A DNA stretch of 64,000 nucleotides, taken from positions 1 to 64,000 of IMG/VR virus record IMGVR_UViG_2811995368_000001. One strand, written 5' to 3'. The notes below the pieces were generated by a model. That model had not been told where the DNA came from. It saw only the letters and a list, made by a program, of their open reading frames with translations, and did not search any database. Below are positions 17,833-26,174 of this stretch, one piece after another (position 1 is the stretch's first letter; every line of letters starts with the position of its first letter). A program made the position numbers and the translations under genes. Origin of the DNA: a virus (taxonomy: Duplodnaviria > Caudoviricetes).

Positions 17833-17862
17833 GGTGGGCCTTTCGGTTGTGGTTGAGGGAAG

Positions 17863-18250
17863 CATCAGCACCGGCGACTGGGTGCAATCGGCGGTGGTGA
17901 TGGCCCTGTTGCCAGGGCATCACTCCGGCCAGACGCTGGGCCTGGCCGGTTGCGGCATTGATGCGACGTAGTGCGCGCGCCGCGCCCCTGCTATGCCCGC
18001 TGTCACGGGCGTCTCGCCCCGACTTCGCGGGGCCTGGTGCAGGTGGCTTTACTTCTGCCCGTCGTTACCTGCGCCACGGACGGGTGGGCGTTCGCAGTTC
18101 GCAAATGGCGAACAAGCGAACCGAACCTATGGTTTCAACGCAGCCCCACGGGCCACTCCCCCAGGGAGATTCGGGTTTCGCGCACTTTTGCTTCTGCCGT
18201 GCGCGCCACGGGGCAGGAGGTTGTCGCCGCCCGCTTTCGCAGGGGCCTCG
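17863..18250 (-). ncRNA. Highly structured PL leader RNA (hairpins and two pseudoknot-like repeats)
   Basis: About 480 nt from PL to the first gene without a convincing ORF; many complementary segments (see findings). Confidence 0.5.
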
Positions 18251-18269
18251 CCTCTATTCATCCACCAAG

Positions 18270-18282
18270 TTTTTAAGGAGCG
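18270..18282 (-). promoter_or_regulatory. boxA-like antitermination element
   Basis: CGCTCCTTAAAAA about 40 nt after PL, resembling lambda nutL boxA; GAAA-loop hairpin (CCTGC-GAAA-GCGGG) just downstream. Confidence 0.65.
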
Positions 18283-18325
18283 TTGCGCTTGGCAGTTGCC
18301 TGCTGTTGCGCGTGTTGTTAGGCGA

Positions 18326-18368
18326 ATCTTAGGCGACGCCTAACGATGTGTCAATAGGCAAAGCCTAA
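18326..18368 (-). promoter_or_regulatory. PL promoter with operators OL1 (18329-18343) and OL2 (18354-18368)
   Basis: TTGACA-17-TAAGAT; palindromes TTAGGCGACGCCTAA and ATAGGCAAAGCCTAA. Confidence 0.9.
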
Positions 18369-18378
18369 GATTTTTGAC

Positions 18379-18408
18379 AAAACAAAACCCGGCCATGTGG
18401 CCGGGCTT
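18379..18408 (-). terminator. Terminator of the cI operon
   Basis: Minus strand GCCCGGCC-ACAT-GGCCGGGT-TTTGTTTT. Confidence 0.8.
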
Positions 18409-18490
18409 GGGGAGGGTGAAAAATGGGAAGGTGCGAGGTGCCAGCTATGTCAGCGGCAAAGGTGGTTGTGTATCGCGGCGCATCGCGTGG

Positions 18491-18712
18491 CTACGAACTT
18501 CTGTCCATGCGGCGCTTGAGGCCGTCGCGGTAGAGAATCGCGCCGATGTCGGAAAGCGCGGCCATGTCGTCTTCGGTGAGCCGGTCTTTGGCGAGTTGCA
18601 TCCAGCTCGCCAGCTTGACGATGGCATCATCAGGTTGGGTAGGCTGGCCCGTGGCGTCTAGCACCTCGGCCCGATTCTCGAAGAGGGCGATCAGCGGGTG
18701 CAGGTTTTCCAT
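18491..18712 (-). CDS. Small hypothetical protein in the cI operon (rex position)
   Basis: GAGG RBS; lies between cI and OL. Confidence 0.6.
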   Translation of the reverse strand: MENLHPLIALFENRAEVLDATGQPTQPDDAIVKLASWMQLAKDRLTEDDMAALSDIGAILYRDGLKRRMDRSS

Positions 18713-18716
18713 GCCA

Positions 18717-19148
18717 CTACCTCATTCCAGCGCCTTGCAGGCCAAGGATAATCACTGGGACATTCGGCTCAAGGGTAGAGTCCCAAACGGTCTTCAGGTC
18801 TTCGGTCTTCAGGCCGGACAGTTCCTTGAGGCGTTCGCGTACCGCTTCGCCCGCATATAAGGGATGTGCGCCGCGCCGCTGTGCCCGTGCATAGCTGGCT
18901 TCGATGAATGTGCCCGCCATCGCGGCCACCCCGCACGCAGCTACCACGTTCTTGTCGGCGCGCTTCGTCTTCGATGCGTCGTCCCAGCACTTCATTTCGT
19001 CCGCGAACATTTGGTTCACGTTGCCCTCTATGTAGGCTTGAAACATCATGCCTGCGATCTGGGTTATCTGCTGCGGTGACAGGAGTGACCCATCGGCCCA
19101 AGCCGCAGGCGAAACCAGTAGGACTATGTAGAGAAACAGCTTTTTCAT
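18717..19148 (-). CDS. Exported protein in the cI operon (lysogenic conversion / exclusion candidate)
   Basis: Signal peptide MKKLFLYIVLLVSPAAWA; two Cys; AAAGGA RBS; lower GC. Confidence 0.75.
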   Translation of the reverse strand: MKKLFLYIVLLVSPAAWADGSLLSPQQITQIAGMMFQAYIEGNVNQMFADEMKCWDDASKTKRADKNVVAACGVAAMAGTFIEASYARAQRRGAHPLYAGEAVRERLKELSGLKTEDLKTVWDSTLEPNVPVIILGLQGAGMR

Positions 19149-19191
19149 CCCGATCCTTTCTCACGGAATTGCGTCATTGACCCAGACCAGT

Positions 19192-19650
19192 TTAAGCCGC
19201 GTTCTTGGTCTTTTTTCTCTCGTGTAGCAGCTTGGCGGCACTGGCTTTCCATACGTTCAGTATGCCGTGCGCCGTGGCATCAAGCCAAGGCGGGACTTTG
19301 CCCACCCCAAGAATCGCATCCACGATTGCCCTGGTGGCGTCATCCGCACGCTCGTAGGCATCCCATACTGACGGTTGTTCGCTGGTCGAATCAGGGGTGG
19401 ACGCGCTACCGCTGTCCGCCGGCAATTCCTTCAGGCCCCAGTGTTCCGGCCCGACGACATCCGAGAAATAGCGCCACAACTCCGGCAGCTTTTCCTTCGA
19501 GATCGTCCCCCGTTTTTTCCAATCGGCAAGGGACGGCTGCTTCACGCCGAAGTGGCGAGCGACTTCCACTTCGCGGCTGATCGCTCCCGAAGCCTTTTTT
19601 AGTTTTATGGCCTGGGCAATAGCCTGGCCTAGTTCTTTCCCATTAAGCAT
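19192..19650 (-). CDS. CI-like repressor (HTH, no S24 peptidase domain)
   Basis: EVARHFGVKQPSLADWKKRGTISK HTH; divergent from cro across the operators. Confidence 0.85.
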   Translation of the reverse strand: MLNGKELGQAIAQAIKLKKASGAISREVEVARHFGVKQPSLADWKKRGTISKEKLPELWRYFSDVVGPEHWGLKELPADSGSASTPDSTSEQPSVWDAYERADDATRAIVDAILGVGKVPPWLDATAHGILNVWKASAAKLLHERKKTKNAA

Positions 19651-19721
19651 TGCCTAAGAATCCTCTACCGTGCATGTGTTAGGCAATTCCTATTGACATG
19701 AAATTAGGCGTCGCCTAAGAT
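19643..19721 (+). promoter_or_regulatory. PR promoter with operators OR3 (19643-19657), OR2 (19679-19693) and OR1 (19704-19718)
   Basis: TTGACA(19693)-17-TAAGAT(19716); TTAAGCATTGCCTAA, TTAGGCAATTCCTAT, TTAGGCGTCGCCTAA. Confidence 0.9.
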
Positions 19722-19729
19722 TCGTCCTT

Positions 19730-20008
19730 ATGGAACCGACCAAACACCAAAAAGCCATCAGGGAAGCGTGCCGAATCGTCGGCGGGCAGGCCGTTCTGGC
19801 CCGGCTTCTCGGGGTTTCTCCGCCCACGGTGAATCAGTGGGTATCCGGGGCACGCCAAGTCCCCGCCGAACGCTGCCCGGCCATCGAGAAGGCCACGGGC
19901 GGTGCCGTGACGTGCGAAGAGCTGCGCCCTGACGTTGATTGGGCCTACCTGCGCGGCTCTGGCGCTGCTGCAAATAACGAGACGACTGGAAGCGAGGCTG
20001 CTGCATGA
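19730..20008 (+). CDS. cro: Cro-like (YdaS family) regulator
   Basis: GGQAVLARLLGVSPPTVNQW...PAERCPAIEKATGGAVTCEELRPDVDW. Confidence 0.9.
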   Translation: MEPTKHQKAIREACRIVGGQAVLARLLGVSPPTVNQWVSGARQVPAERCPAIEKATGGAVTCEELRPDVDWAYLRGSGAAANNETTGSEAAA

Positions 20009-20088
20009 CGGGTTTCCTTTCTTTCGACGAAGCCAGTTTCCACCACCGCCAAGCGCGGGACTAGACGAAAAAAAGGAGACGTTCGCCA

Positions 20089-20547
20089 ATGCGCCGACCC
20101 ATCAAACAAGCTCACCGCGCCCTGTTTCTGGCCCTCCAGGCCGACGCCAAGGAATACCCTGGCGGCGTCCGCGCCATCGCCGAAACGATGGGCATGAACG
20201 GCAACACCCTTGCCAACGGCATCAACCCCGACCACGAGGCCCCGCCGCCGTCCTTCAGCGTCATCCTCGAAATCGTCGTCGTGGCCCAGGCCAAGCGCGC
20301 CATCTTCGCGCTGGCGCACCTCGTCGGGCAGGTTCCGATGGACTTTGAACTGGAAGAGCGCCCGCCTGCCGAGGCCGTGCGCCTGTTCCTGTCCTTGGTT
20401 GCGTCGGCGTCCAGCCTGTTCGGCACCGGATCCGAGGCCGCGAAAGATGGCCGCTTCGACGCCGACGAGCGCCGCCAACTTGAACCGCTGCTGCTGGGTC
20501 TGATGAAGGCCAGCGGCGAGCTTTTGCAGGCCATCCGGGGGAACTGA
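20089..20547 (+). CDS. CII-like regulatory protein (phage 186 CP76 / YmfL type)
   Basis: YPGGVRAIAETMG...TLANGINPD...AAKDGRFDADE; position after cro. Confidence 0.75.
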   Translation: MRRPIKQAHRALFLALQADAKEYPGGVRAIAETMGMNGNTLANGINPDHEAPPPSFSVILEIVVVAQAKRAIFALAHLVGQVPMDFELEERPPAEAVRLFLSLVASASSLFGTGSEAAKDGRFDADERRQLEPLLLGLMKASGELLQAIRGN

Positions 20548-20549
20548 CC

Positions 20550-20942
20550 ATGATGGCCGCCGAAACCCTGCAACGCCCATCGCACGCCCGCCGCGCCGCT
20601 ACTGCCCGCCGTCTGGGCGAGCAGCAGATGCAGCTTTCCTTCGACGCGGCCACGTCTTCCGACCCGAGCTTCGGGGAGCGTGCCTATGCCTTCATCGTGG
20701 CCTACGTGCGCGAGCAGGCCGCCGCGCTGGGCAGCGTGCCTGGCGAGCAGGTGACGCTCGCCGCGCGTGCCGCCGGCATTCGCCCGAAGGACGACCGAGC
20801 TTTCGGCTCCATCTACGCCAAAGCCATCCGCAACGGCGACATCCGAGTGGCGGGCACCTGCGCGCGAGTGCGCGGGCACGGCACCGCCGGCGGACGCCTC
20901 TATGCGCCCGGCAACGGCAAACAGGCGGAGGGCCAGGCTTGA
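20550..20942 (+). CDS. Hypothetical protein
   Basis: PKDDRAFGSIY...HG motif; coupled ORF. Confidence 0.6.
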   Translation: MMAAETLQRPSHARRAATARRLGEQQMQLSFDAATSSDPSFGERAYAFIVAYVREQAAALGSVPGEQVTLAARAAGIRPKDDRAFGSIYAKAIRNGDIRVAGTCARVRGHGTAGGRLYAPGNGKQAEGQA

Positions 20943-21445
20943 ACGTCCTCTTTGAAACCGGCGAATCCGGCGCGACCGCCACGACGCACGACTGGCTGAC
21001 CCCGCCTGAAATCCTAAACGCGCTGGGCGAGTTCGACCTCGATCCCTGCGCGAGCGAGTTCCAGCCGTGGCGCACGGCACGCCAGCAATTCACCATCCGC
21101 GACGACGGCTTGACCCGTGAATGGGAAGGCCGCGTCTGGTGCAACCCGCCGTATGGCCCGTTCGCGGCGCGCTGGCTGGAACGCTGCGCCGCCCACGGTA
21201 ACGCCGTCGCGCTGGTGTTCGCCCGCACTGAAACCGCCGTCTTCCAAGACCATGCCTTTCAGAAGGCCCACGCCATGCTGTTCCTGCGCGGGCGGCTGTC
21301 GTTCAGGCTTCCTGGGGGGGGGCGTGCAGGAAATGCAGGCGCACCGTCCGTCCTGATCGCCTTCGGCAAGGCCAATGCCGACATCCTCGCCGCCTGCGGG
21401 CTGGCTGGCGCATTCGTGCGCCTTGGAGGTCGTGATGCGCATTGA
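20939..21445 (+). CDS. Phage DNA N6-adenine methyltransferase (small Dam-type family)
   Basis: DWLTP, FDLDPCA, DGL...W, VWCNPPY, ARTET, FLRGRL; G9 tract at 21314-21322. Confidence 0.9.
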   Translation: MNVLFETGESGATATTHDWLTPPEILNALGEFDLDPCASEFQPWRTARQQFTIRDDGLTREWEGRVWCNPPYGPFAARWLERCAAHGNAVALVFARTETAVFQDHAFQKAHAMLFLRGRLSFRLPGGGRAGNAGAPSVLIAFGKANADILAACGLAGAFVRLGGRDAH

Positions 21446-22694
21446 CCAATGCTACTTCGGCGACTGCCGAGATTCCATGCGCGCGATGATCGCTGCGGGG
21501 GGGGGGCGTAAGGTGCAAACCATCGTCACTTCTCCGCCGTACTGGGGCCTGCGCGACTACGGCAACCCGCTGGGAATCTGGGGCGGGGATCCTGCCTGCG
21601 AGCACGCCTTCGACATGGAGCGCACCGAGCATGAGCACCGCACGGGGCTTGGTCTGGCCGACCTTGGCGAGAAATACGCCGGCGGTGGGCACAAGCAAGG
21701 CAAGATCGGCAGCATCGCGGTGGAGCAAGGCACCTGCCCGAAGTGTGGAGCATGGCGCGGCGCCCTGGGTCACGAACCGACGCCGCAGCTTTTCGTCGAT
21801 CACCTGGTTGAGGTGTTCCGCCATGCCCGCGACCTGCTGGCTGATGACGGCACGCTCTGGCTGAATCTGGGCGACAGCTACGCCTCGAAGCCGAACGGCC
21901 CGAAGGCAAGCGCATCTTGCGCGCTGAACTCGCAGGCGCATGGGAAATGGCGCAACGAGCACGGACAGCGCAGCCGTGGCCTTGCTGGCGGACTGAAGCA
22001 CAAAGACCTGGTAGGAATCCCGTGGCGCGTCGCGCTGGCCCTTCAGGACGATGGCTGGTATCTCCGACAGGACATCATCTGGCACAAGCCGAATCCGATG
22101 CCGGAGAGCGTCGCTGACCGCTGCACGAAGGCCCACGAATACCTGTTCCTGCTGTCCAAGTCGGACAGGTACTACTTCGACAACGAGGCTATCAAGGAAC
22201 CGGCGCGCTACACCGGCCTGGCGAATCAGGACGCCAGCGGTTTCAAGAACCCGATGGACTTCAATGGGAAGCACGCCCATTCCGACGTGCGCGGTGATCG
22301 CGGCAGCAAGCGCAATAGTTTCGCGCGCGTCACCAAAGACAGTGCCGGCGAGCACGGCCAGAAGCCGCAATTCCGGCCTGACCGCGAGGATGTGGACTAC
22401 GCCGGGCTGCGCAACAAGCGCAGCGTCTGGACGGTTGCCACCGAGGGCTACAGCGGCGCGCACTTCGCCGTGTTCCCGCCGGCGCTCATCGAGCCGTGCA
22501 TCTTGGCCGGCAGCAGGCCGGGCGACATCGTGCTTGATCCGTTCCTTGGCTCTGGCACCACGGCGCAGGTTTCGCAGGCCCTTGGCCGGCATTGGGTGGG
22601 CTGCGAACTGAACCAGGAGTATTCGTCACTCCAAGAGGCGCGCACGCGCCAGCGCGGCCTGATGCTGACCGTGGAAGGGGCTTGCGATGCGTGA
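21435..22694 (+). CDS. DNA N4/N6 methyltransferase (beta class)
   Basis: GDC, TSPPYWGLRDY, WLNLGDSY, IIWHKPN, HFAVFP, DPFLGSGTT; G10 tract at 21497-21506. Confidence 0.93.
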   Translation: MRIDQCYFGDCRDSMRAMIAAGGGRKVQTIVTSPPYWGLRDYGNPLGIWGGDPACEHAFDMERTEHEHRTGLGLADLGEKYAGGGHKQGKIGSIAVEQGTCPKCGAWRGALGHEPTPQLFVDHLVEVFRHARDLLADDGTLWLNLGDSYASKPNGPKASASCALNSQAHGKWRNEHGQRSRGLAGGLKHKDLVGIPWRVALALQDDGWYLRQDIIWHKPNPMPESVADRCTKAHEYLFLLSKSDRYYFDNEAIKEPARYTGLANQDASGFKNPMDFNGKHAHSDVRGDRGSKRNSFARVTKDSAGEHGQKPQFRPDREDVDYAGLRNKRSVWTVATEGYSGAHFAVFPPALIEPCILAGSRPGDIVLDPFLGSGTTAQVSQALGRHWVGCELNQEYSSLQEARTRQRGLMLTVEGACDA

Positions 22695-23607
22695 TTACTC
22701 GAAAGTCGGCCCCCAGTTCTGGATCGGCCCCACCGGCAAGAAGCTGCGCGCAGCAGGCATGGAGGCGCAAATCGTTGCCATGTACCTGCTGACCAGCCCG
22801 CACGCCAACATGCTGGGCCTGTATTACTGCCCCGTCATGTTCATTGCGCACGAAACCGGGCTTGGGATTGAAGGGGCTAACAAGGGGCTTCAAAGGGCCA
22901 TCGAAGCGGATTTTTGCCAGTACGACGAGGCATCCGAAGTGGTCTGGGTGATGGAAATGGCCTCGTACCAAGTAGGGGAGGCCCTGAAGGCAAATGACCT
23001 GCGTGTTAAGGGGGTGCAGAACGAGTACGCATCCCTGCCAGAAAACCCTTATCTGGCGCGGTTTTACGAGAAATACAGCGAGGCTTTTTGCATGTCGTCT
23101 TGCCGTGGAAACAGTAGCCCCTATGAAGCCCCTATGAAGACCCTTGCAAGCCAAGAACAGGAACAGGAACAGGAGAAAGAACAGGAACAGGAACAGAAAG
23201 AAAAAGGCGCTGGCGCGCCTGCCTCTCTCGATTCTCATGGGACTGACGACCAAGGTTCGCTTGCCGACGGCGGCAAGGGTGGCGGCAAGCTGCCGCGCGA
23301 GTTGGGTGTGCGCGAGCTGGTTGCCGAGGGCGTGGAGCGCCAGCACGCCGAGGACTGGCTGAAGGCGCGGCGCGCCAAGAAGCTGCCCCTGACCGAAACC
23401 GCCCTCGACCTCGTGAAGACCGAGGCCGGAAAGGCTGGGCTGACCCTGCCGCAGGCCATCGCCCGCGCTGCCGGCGAGGGGTGGGCCGGATTCAAGGCGA
23501 GCTGGTTGAGCCAGCCGCCGCGGCACGGCGGGCCGCGCCAGCACGCCCCTGTCCCCACGCAACCACAACAGCCGAAGGAACCACGCGATGTCGTCACTCG
23601 CATCTGA
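22687..23607 (+). CDS. Phage replication initiator (O-like)
   Basis: MRDYSKVGPQFW...YLLTSPHANMLGLY; EQ-repeat linker; C-terminal W..R.AKK.PLT...GW.GFKASW; precedes DnaC. Confidence 0.85.
   Translation: MRDYSKVGPQFWIGPTGKKLRAAGMEAQIVAMYLLTSPHANMLGLYYCPVMFIAHETGLGIEGANKGLQRAIEADFCQYDEASEVVWVMEMASYQVGEALKANDLRVKGVQNEYASLPENPYLARFYEKYSEAFCMSSCRGNSSPYEAPMKTLASQEQEQEQEKEQEQEQKEKGAGAPASLDSHGTDDQGSLADGGKGGGKLPRELGVRELVAEGVERQHAEDWLKARRAKKLPLTETALDLVKTEAGKAGLTLPQAIARAAGEGWAGFKASWLSQPPRHGGPRQHAPVPTQPQQPKEPRDVVTRI
22868..23207. repeat. Iteron-like repeats, candidate replication origin inside the initiator gene
   Basis: AAGGGGCT x2 plus AAAGGGCC at 11-bp spacing (22868-22899); inverted AGCCCCTATGA x2 plus AGACCCTTGCA (23116-23150); purine-rich GAACAG repeats (23155-23207). 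Confidence 0.65.
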
Positions 23608-24391
23608 TCTGCTGCCCGCTGGCATGGTGCAGCGCGCCCGCGCGGGTGCTGGTGCTGACGGTGCCGCCGCGCCTGCCGAGCGCTCGACCTTCCGCCCGGA
23701 GTTCGGCACCTGCGAGCAGCACGGCCAGTACCCGCGCAACACGATCGACGAGGATGGCCGCGAACGGTGGTTCCCCGACGCCTGCCCGGCCTGCGCCAAG
23801 CAGGGCGCCGTGCGCCGCCTGATGCAGCGCGCCGAAATCTCGCCCCGCTTCGAGGGCTGCACCTTCGACGGCTACGAGGCCGTCACCGACGAGCAGGCGC
23901 AGGCGCTAGAAATTTGCCGGGGCTATGCCGACACCTTCAACGACGCCATGAAGGCCGGGCGCTGCCTCATCCTGCGCGGCAACCCCGGAACCGGCAAGAA
24001 CCACCTGGCCGTCGCCATCACGAAGCAGGTGCTGGCGCAGGGCTACACGGCGTTGCACGCCACCGCCTACGAGATCGTCTGCCGCATCCGCGAAACATGG
24101 GGGCGGCGCGGCGAGCAGACCGAGCAGGACGTGACTCGCACGCTGGGCGCGGTCGATCTGCTGGTCATCGACGAGGTGGGCCGCCAGTACGGCACCGAGG
24201 GCGAGCAAATCCACCTGTTCCACGTCATCGACCACCGCTACCGGCTGATGAAGCCCACCATCGTCATCAGCAACAAGGAGCCGGACGAGATCCGCGCCTA
24301 CTTGGGCGACGCTGCCTACGACCGCCTGCGCGAGGGCGGCGGCGTGCTGGTGAACTTCGACTGGCAATCCCATCGCGGGGGTGCCGCATGA
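23588..24391 (+). CDS. DnaC/IstB-like helicase loader ATPase
   Basis: CEQHG...CPAC zinc site, Walker A GNPGTGKN, LLVIDEVG, ISN, DRLRE. Confidence 0.93.
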   Translation: MSSLASDLLPAGMVQRARAGAGADGAAAPAERSTFRPEFGTCEQHGQYPRNTIDEDGRERWFPDACPACAKQGAVRRLMQRAEISPRFEGCTFDGYEAVTDEQAQALEICRGYADTFNDAMKAGRCLILRGNPGTGKNHLAVAITKQVLAQGYTALHATAYEIVCRIRETWGRRGEQTEQDVTRTLGAVDLLVIDEVGRQYGTEGEQIHLFHVIDHRYRLMKPTIVISNKEPDEIRAYLGDAAYDRLREGGGVLVNFDWQSHRGGAA

Positions 24392-24537
24392 TCGAGACGG
24401 TCTTCTTCCTCGTCATGGGCGGGATTCTGGTCATGGCCTGCCTGCTGGGCCTCGTCGTGCGCGCGCTGGCCTGGGCCTTTCGCTGCGACCACGAAGGACA
24501 CGCCGGCATCGGCGGAAAGGACAGCGGCGATGCCTAA
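24388..24537 (+). CDS. Small membrane protein
   Basis: ATGA-coupled; one TM helix. Confidence 0.5.
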   Translation: MIETVFFLVMGGILVMACLLGLVVRALAWAFRCDHEGHAGIGGKDSGDA

Positions 24538-24727
24538 GCCTGGCGAGAAGCACCACAAGGCCCGACTGTCCGATGCCAGGGTGCGCGAAATGCGCGCCAT
24601 GTACCACGGCTGGCAGGCCGGCAACTGCGCGCACCGCAAGGGTTACGGCGCGCTGGGCCGGATCTTCGGTTGCAGCCCCTGGACGGCGCGCGACATCGTG
24701 ACCTACCGCACGCGGATTGGAGCCTGA
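24530..24727 (+). CDS. Small HTH protein
   Basis: GEKHHKARLSDARVREMR...LGRIFGCSPWTARDI. Confidence 0.65.
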   Translation: MPKPGEKHHKARLSDARVREMRAMYHGWQAGNCAHRKGYGALGRIFGCSPWTARDIVTYRTRIGA

Positions 24728-24729
24728 CC

Positions 24730-25203
24730 ATGAGCGACATCGTGCTGGTCAAGACCCTCAACGGCGCGCTGGCGCCGGCGGACGCGGAAGCCTCTACCTT
24801 CATCGAAAAGCTGAAGGCCGGCCAGGGCGTGCGTGCCACCGTGCGCAAGGCGCGGAACGTGAAGTTCCACCGCAAGGCGTTCGCCCTATTCAAGCTGGCT
24901 TTCGAGGTCTGGGAGCCGGTCGCGCCCCTGGAATACAAGGGCCTGCCCGTCGCCAAGGACTTCGAGCGGTTCCGCAAGGACATGACCATCCTCGCCGGGT
25001 TCTACAAGCCGGTTTACAACGTGCGCGGCGAGCTGCGCCTGGAAGCCGAAAGCCTGTCCTTTTCCAGCATGGACGAAGAGCGGTTCGAGCAGGTGTTCCG
25101 CGCTGTGCTCACCGTGGTCTGGGAGCGCGTGCTGAAGGCCGCCGGGTACGCCACGGAGGAAGAGGTGGAGCGCGTCGTGAATGAACTGATGAGGTTCGAG
25201 TAA
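24730..25203 (+). CDS. DUF1367 family protein
   Basis: RNVKFHRKAFAL...KDFERFRK...AGFY...SLSFSSMDEERF. Confidence 0.85.
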   Translation: MSDIVLVKTLNGALAPADAEASTFIEKLKAGQGVRATVRKARNVKFHRKAFALFKLAFEVWEPVAPLEYKGLPVAKDFERFRKDMTILAGFYKPVYNVRGELRLEAESLSFSSMDEERFEQVFRAVLTVVWERVLKAAGYATEEEVERVVNELMRFE

Positions 25204-25505
25204 TGGCCCGCACCGCTACCGCCGCCGAAAAGCGCCACATGGGCCGCGTCGCCGCCCTGGGCTGCATCCTCTGCGACCACTTGGGCCTTGGCGCGACGCC
25301 AGCGCAGGTGCATCACATCCGCGAGGGGCAGGGAGCCAGCCAGCGCGCCAGCAACTTCCTGACCGTCCCGCTGTGCCCGGAGCACCACCAGGGCAAGAGC
25401 GGCCTGCATGGGTTGGGCACCAACGCCTTCGAGCGCACCTACAAGCTGTCCGAGCTGGACTTGCTCGCCATGACCATTGAACGACTGGGGGCCGGATGCC
25501 GGTAA
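25203..25505 (+). CDS. Ref-like (recombination enhancement) HNH nuclease
   Basis: EKRHMGRVAALGCILC...VHHIR...VPLCPEHH. Confidence 0.8.
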   Translation: MARTATAAEKRHMGRVAALGCILCDHLGLGATPAQVHHIREGQGASQRASNFLTVPLCPEHHQGKSGLHGLGTNAFERTYKLSELDLLAMTIERLGAGCR

Positions 25506-25726
25506 ATGCCGACGACACCGTGAAGTGCATCGACTGCGCCCATTTCCGGCTGAAGGATGCCGGCCAGATGGGGAAGCTGGGCTTCGGCCTCTGCGCCATG
25601 AACCCCAGCACGTCGTCCTTCCAGTCGTCGGTGTATCCCCGCCAGTGCGCCCAGTGGCGCCTGGCCGACGAGCAGACCCTGGGCGCGCGCCGCGCGTGGA
25701 TGGAAAAACGCGAGGGGGTTGCCTGA
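25496..25726 (+). CDS. Small Cys-rich hypothetical protein
   Basis: CIDCAHF...GLC...C; coupled ORF. Confidence 0.55.
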   Translation: MPVNADDTVKCIDCAHFRLKDAGQMGKLGFGLCAMNPSTSSFQSSVYPRQCAQWRLADEQTLGARRAWMEKREGVA

Positions 25727-25742
25727 TGGCCGCGAATACCTT
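25702..25742 (+). promoter_or_regulatory. Putative late promoter 1
   Basis: GGAAAA-N29-TACCTT. Confidence 0.5.
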
Positions 25743-26172
25743 GCGCTGGACGGAAGAGCAGTTGGCCGCCCACCAGAAGCGCGTGCCGGCGCTCGCCAAG
25801 CCCGCCCCGGATGCTGCGCCTGCATCGCCTGCGCTCCCGGTTGCCACGGGCACGGTGCGCGAACCCGACATGAACAAGACCGAGGCCGAGTACGCCGGGA
25901 TGCTGGAAGCCCGGAAGAGCAGCGGGGAAATCCTCTGGTGGGCGTATGAGGCCGTCACGCTGAAGCTGGCCGACAACACGCGCTACACCCCGGACTTCCT
26001 GGTGATGCTGGCCGACGGGACGCTTGAGATTCACGAAACGAAGGGCGGATTCATCCGCGAGGACGGCTGGCTGAAGTTGAAGGTGGCCGCCGGTATGTTC
26101 CCGTTCCGGTTCTTCCTCTGCCAGAAGCAGGCGAAGAAGGCGGGCGGCGGATGGCAAATCAGGAGGGTGTAG
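25726..26172 (+). CDS. PD-(D/E)XK nuclease, DUF1064-like (possible resolvase)
   Basis: MNKTEAEY...YEAVTLKLADNTRYTPDF...HETKG. Confidence 0.8.
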   Translation: MAANTLRWTEEQLAAHQKRVPALAKPAPDAAPASPALPVATGTVREPDMNKTEAEYAGMLEARKSSGEILWWAYEAVTLKLADNTRYTPDFLVMLADGTLEIHETKGGFIREDGWLKLKVAAGMFPFRFFLCQKQAKKAGGGWQIRRV

Positions 26173-26174
26173 CG

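Noticed and set aside
18039-18216. Pseudoknots as pistol ribozyme, guanidine-III or preQ1 riboswitch
   Set aside because: Topology is similar but the conserved nucleotides I recall for those classes are absent; left unassigned
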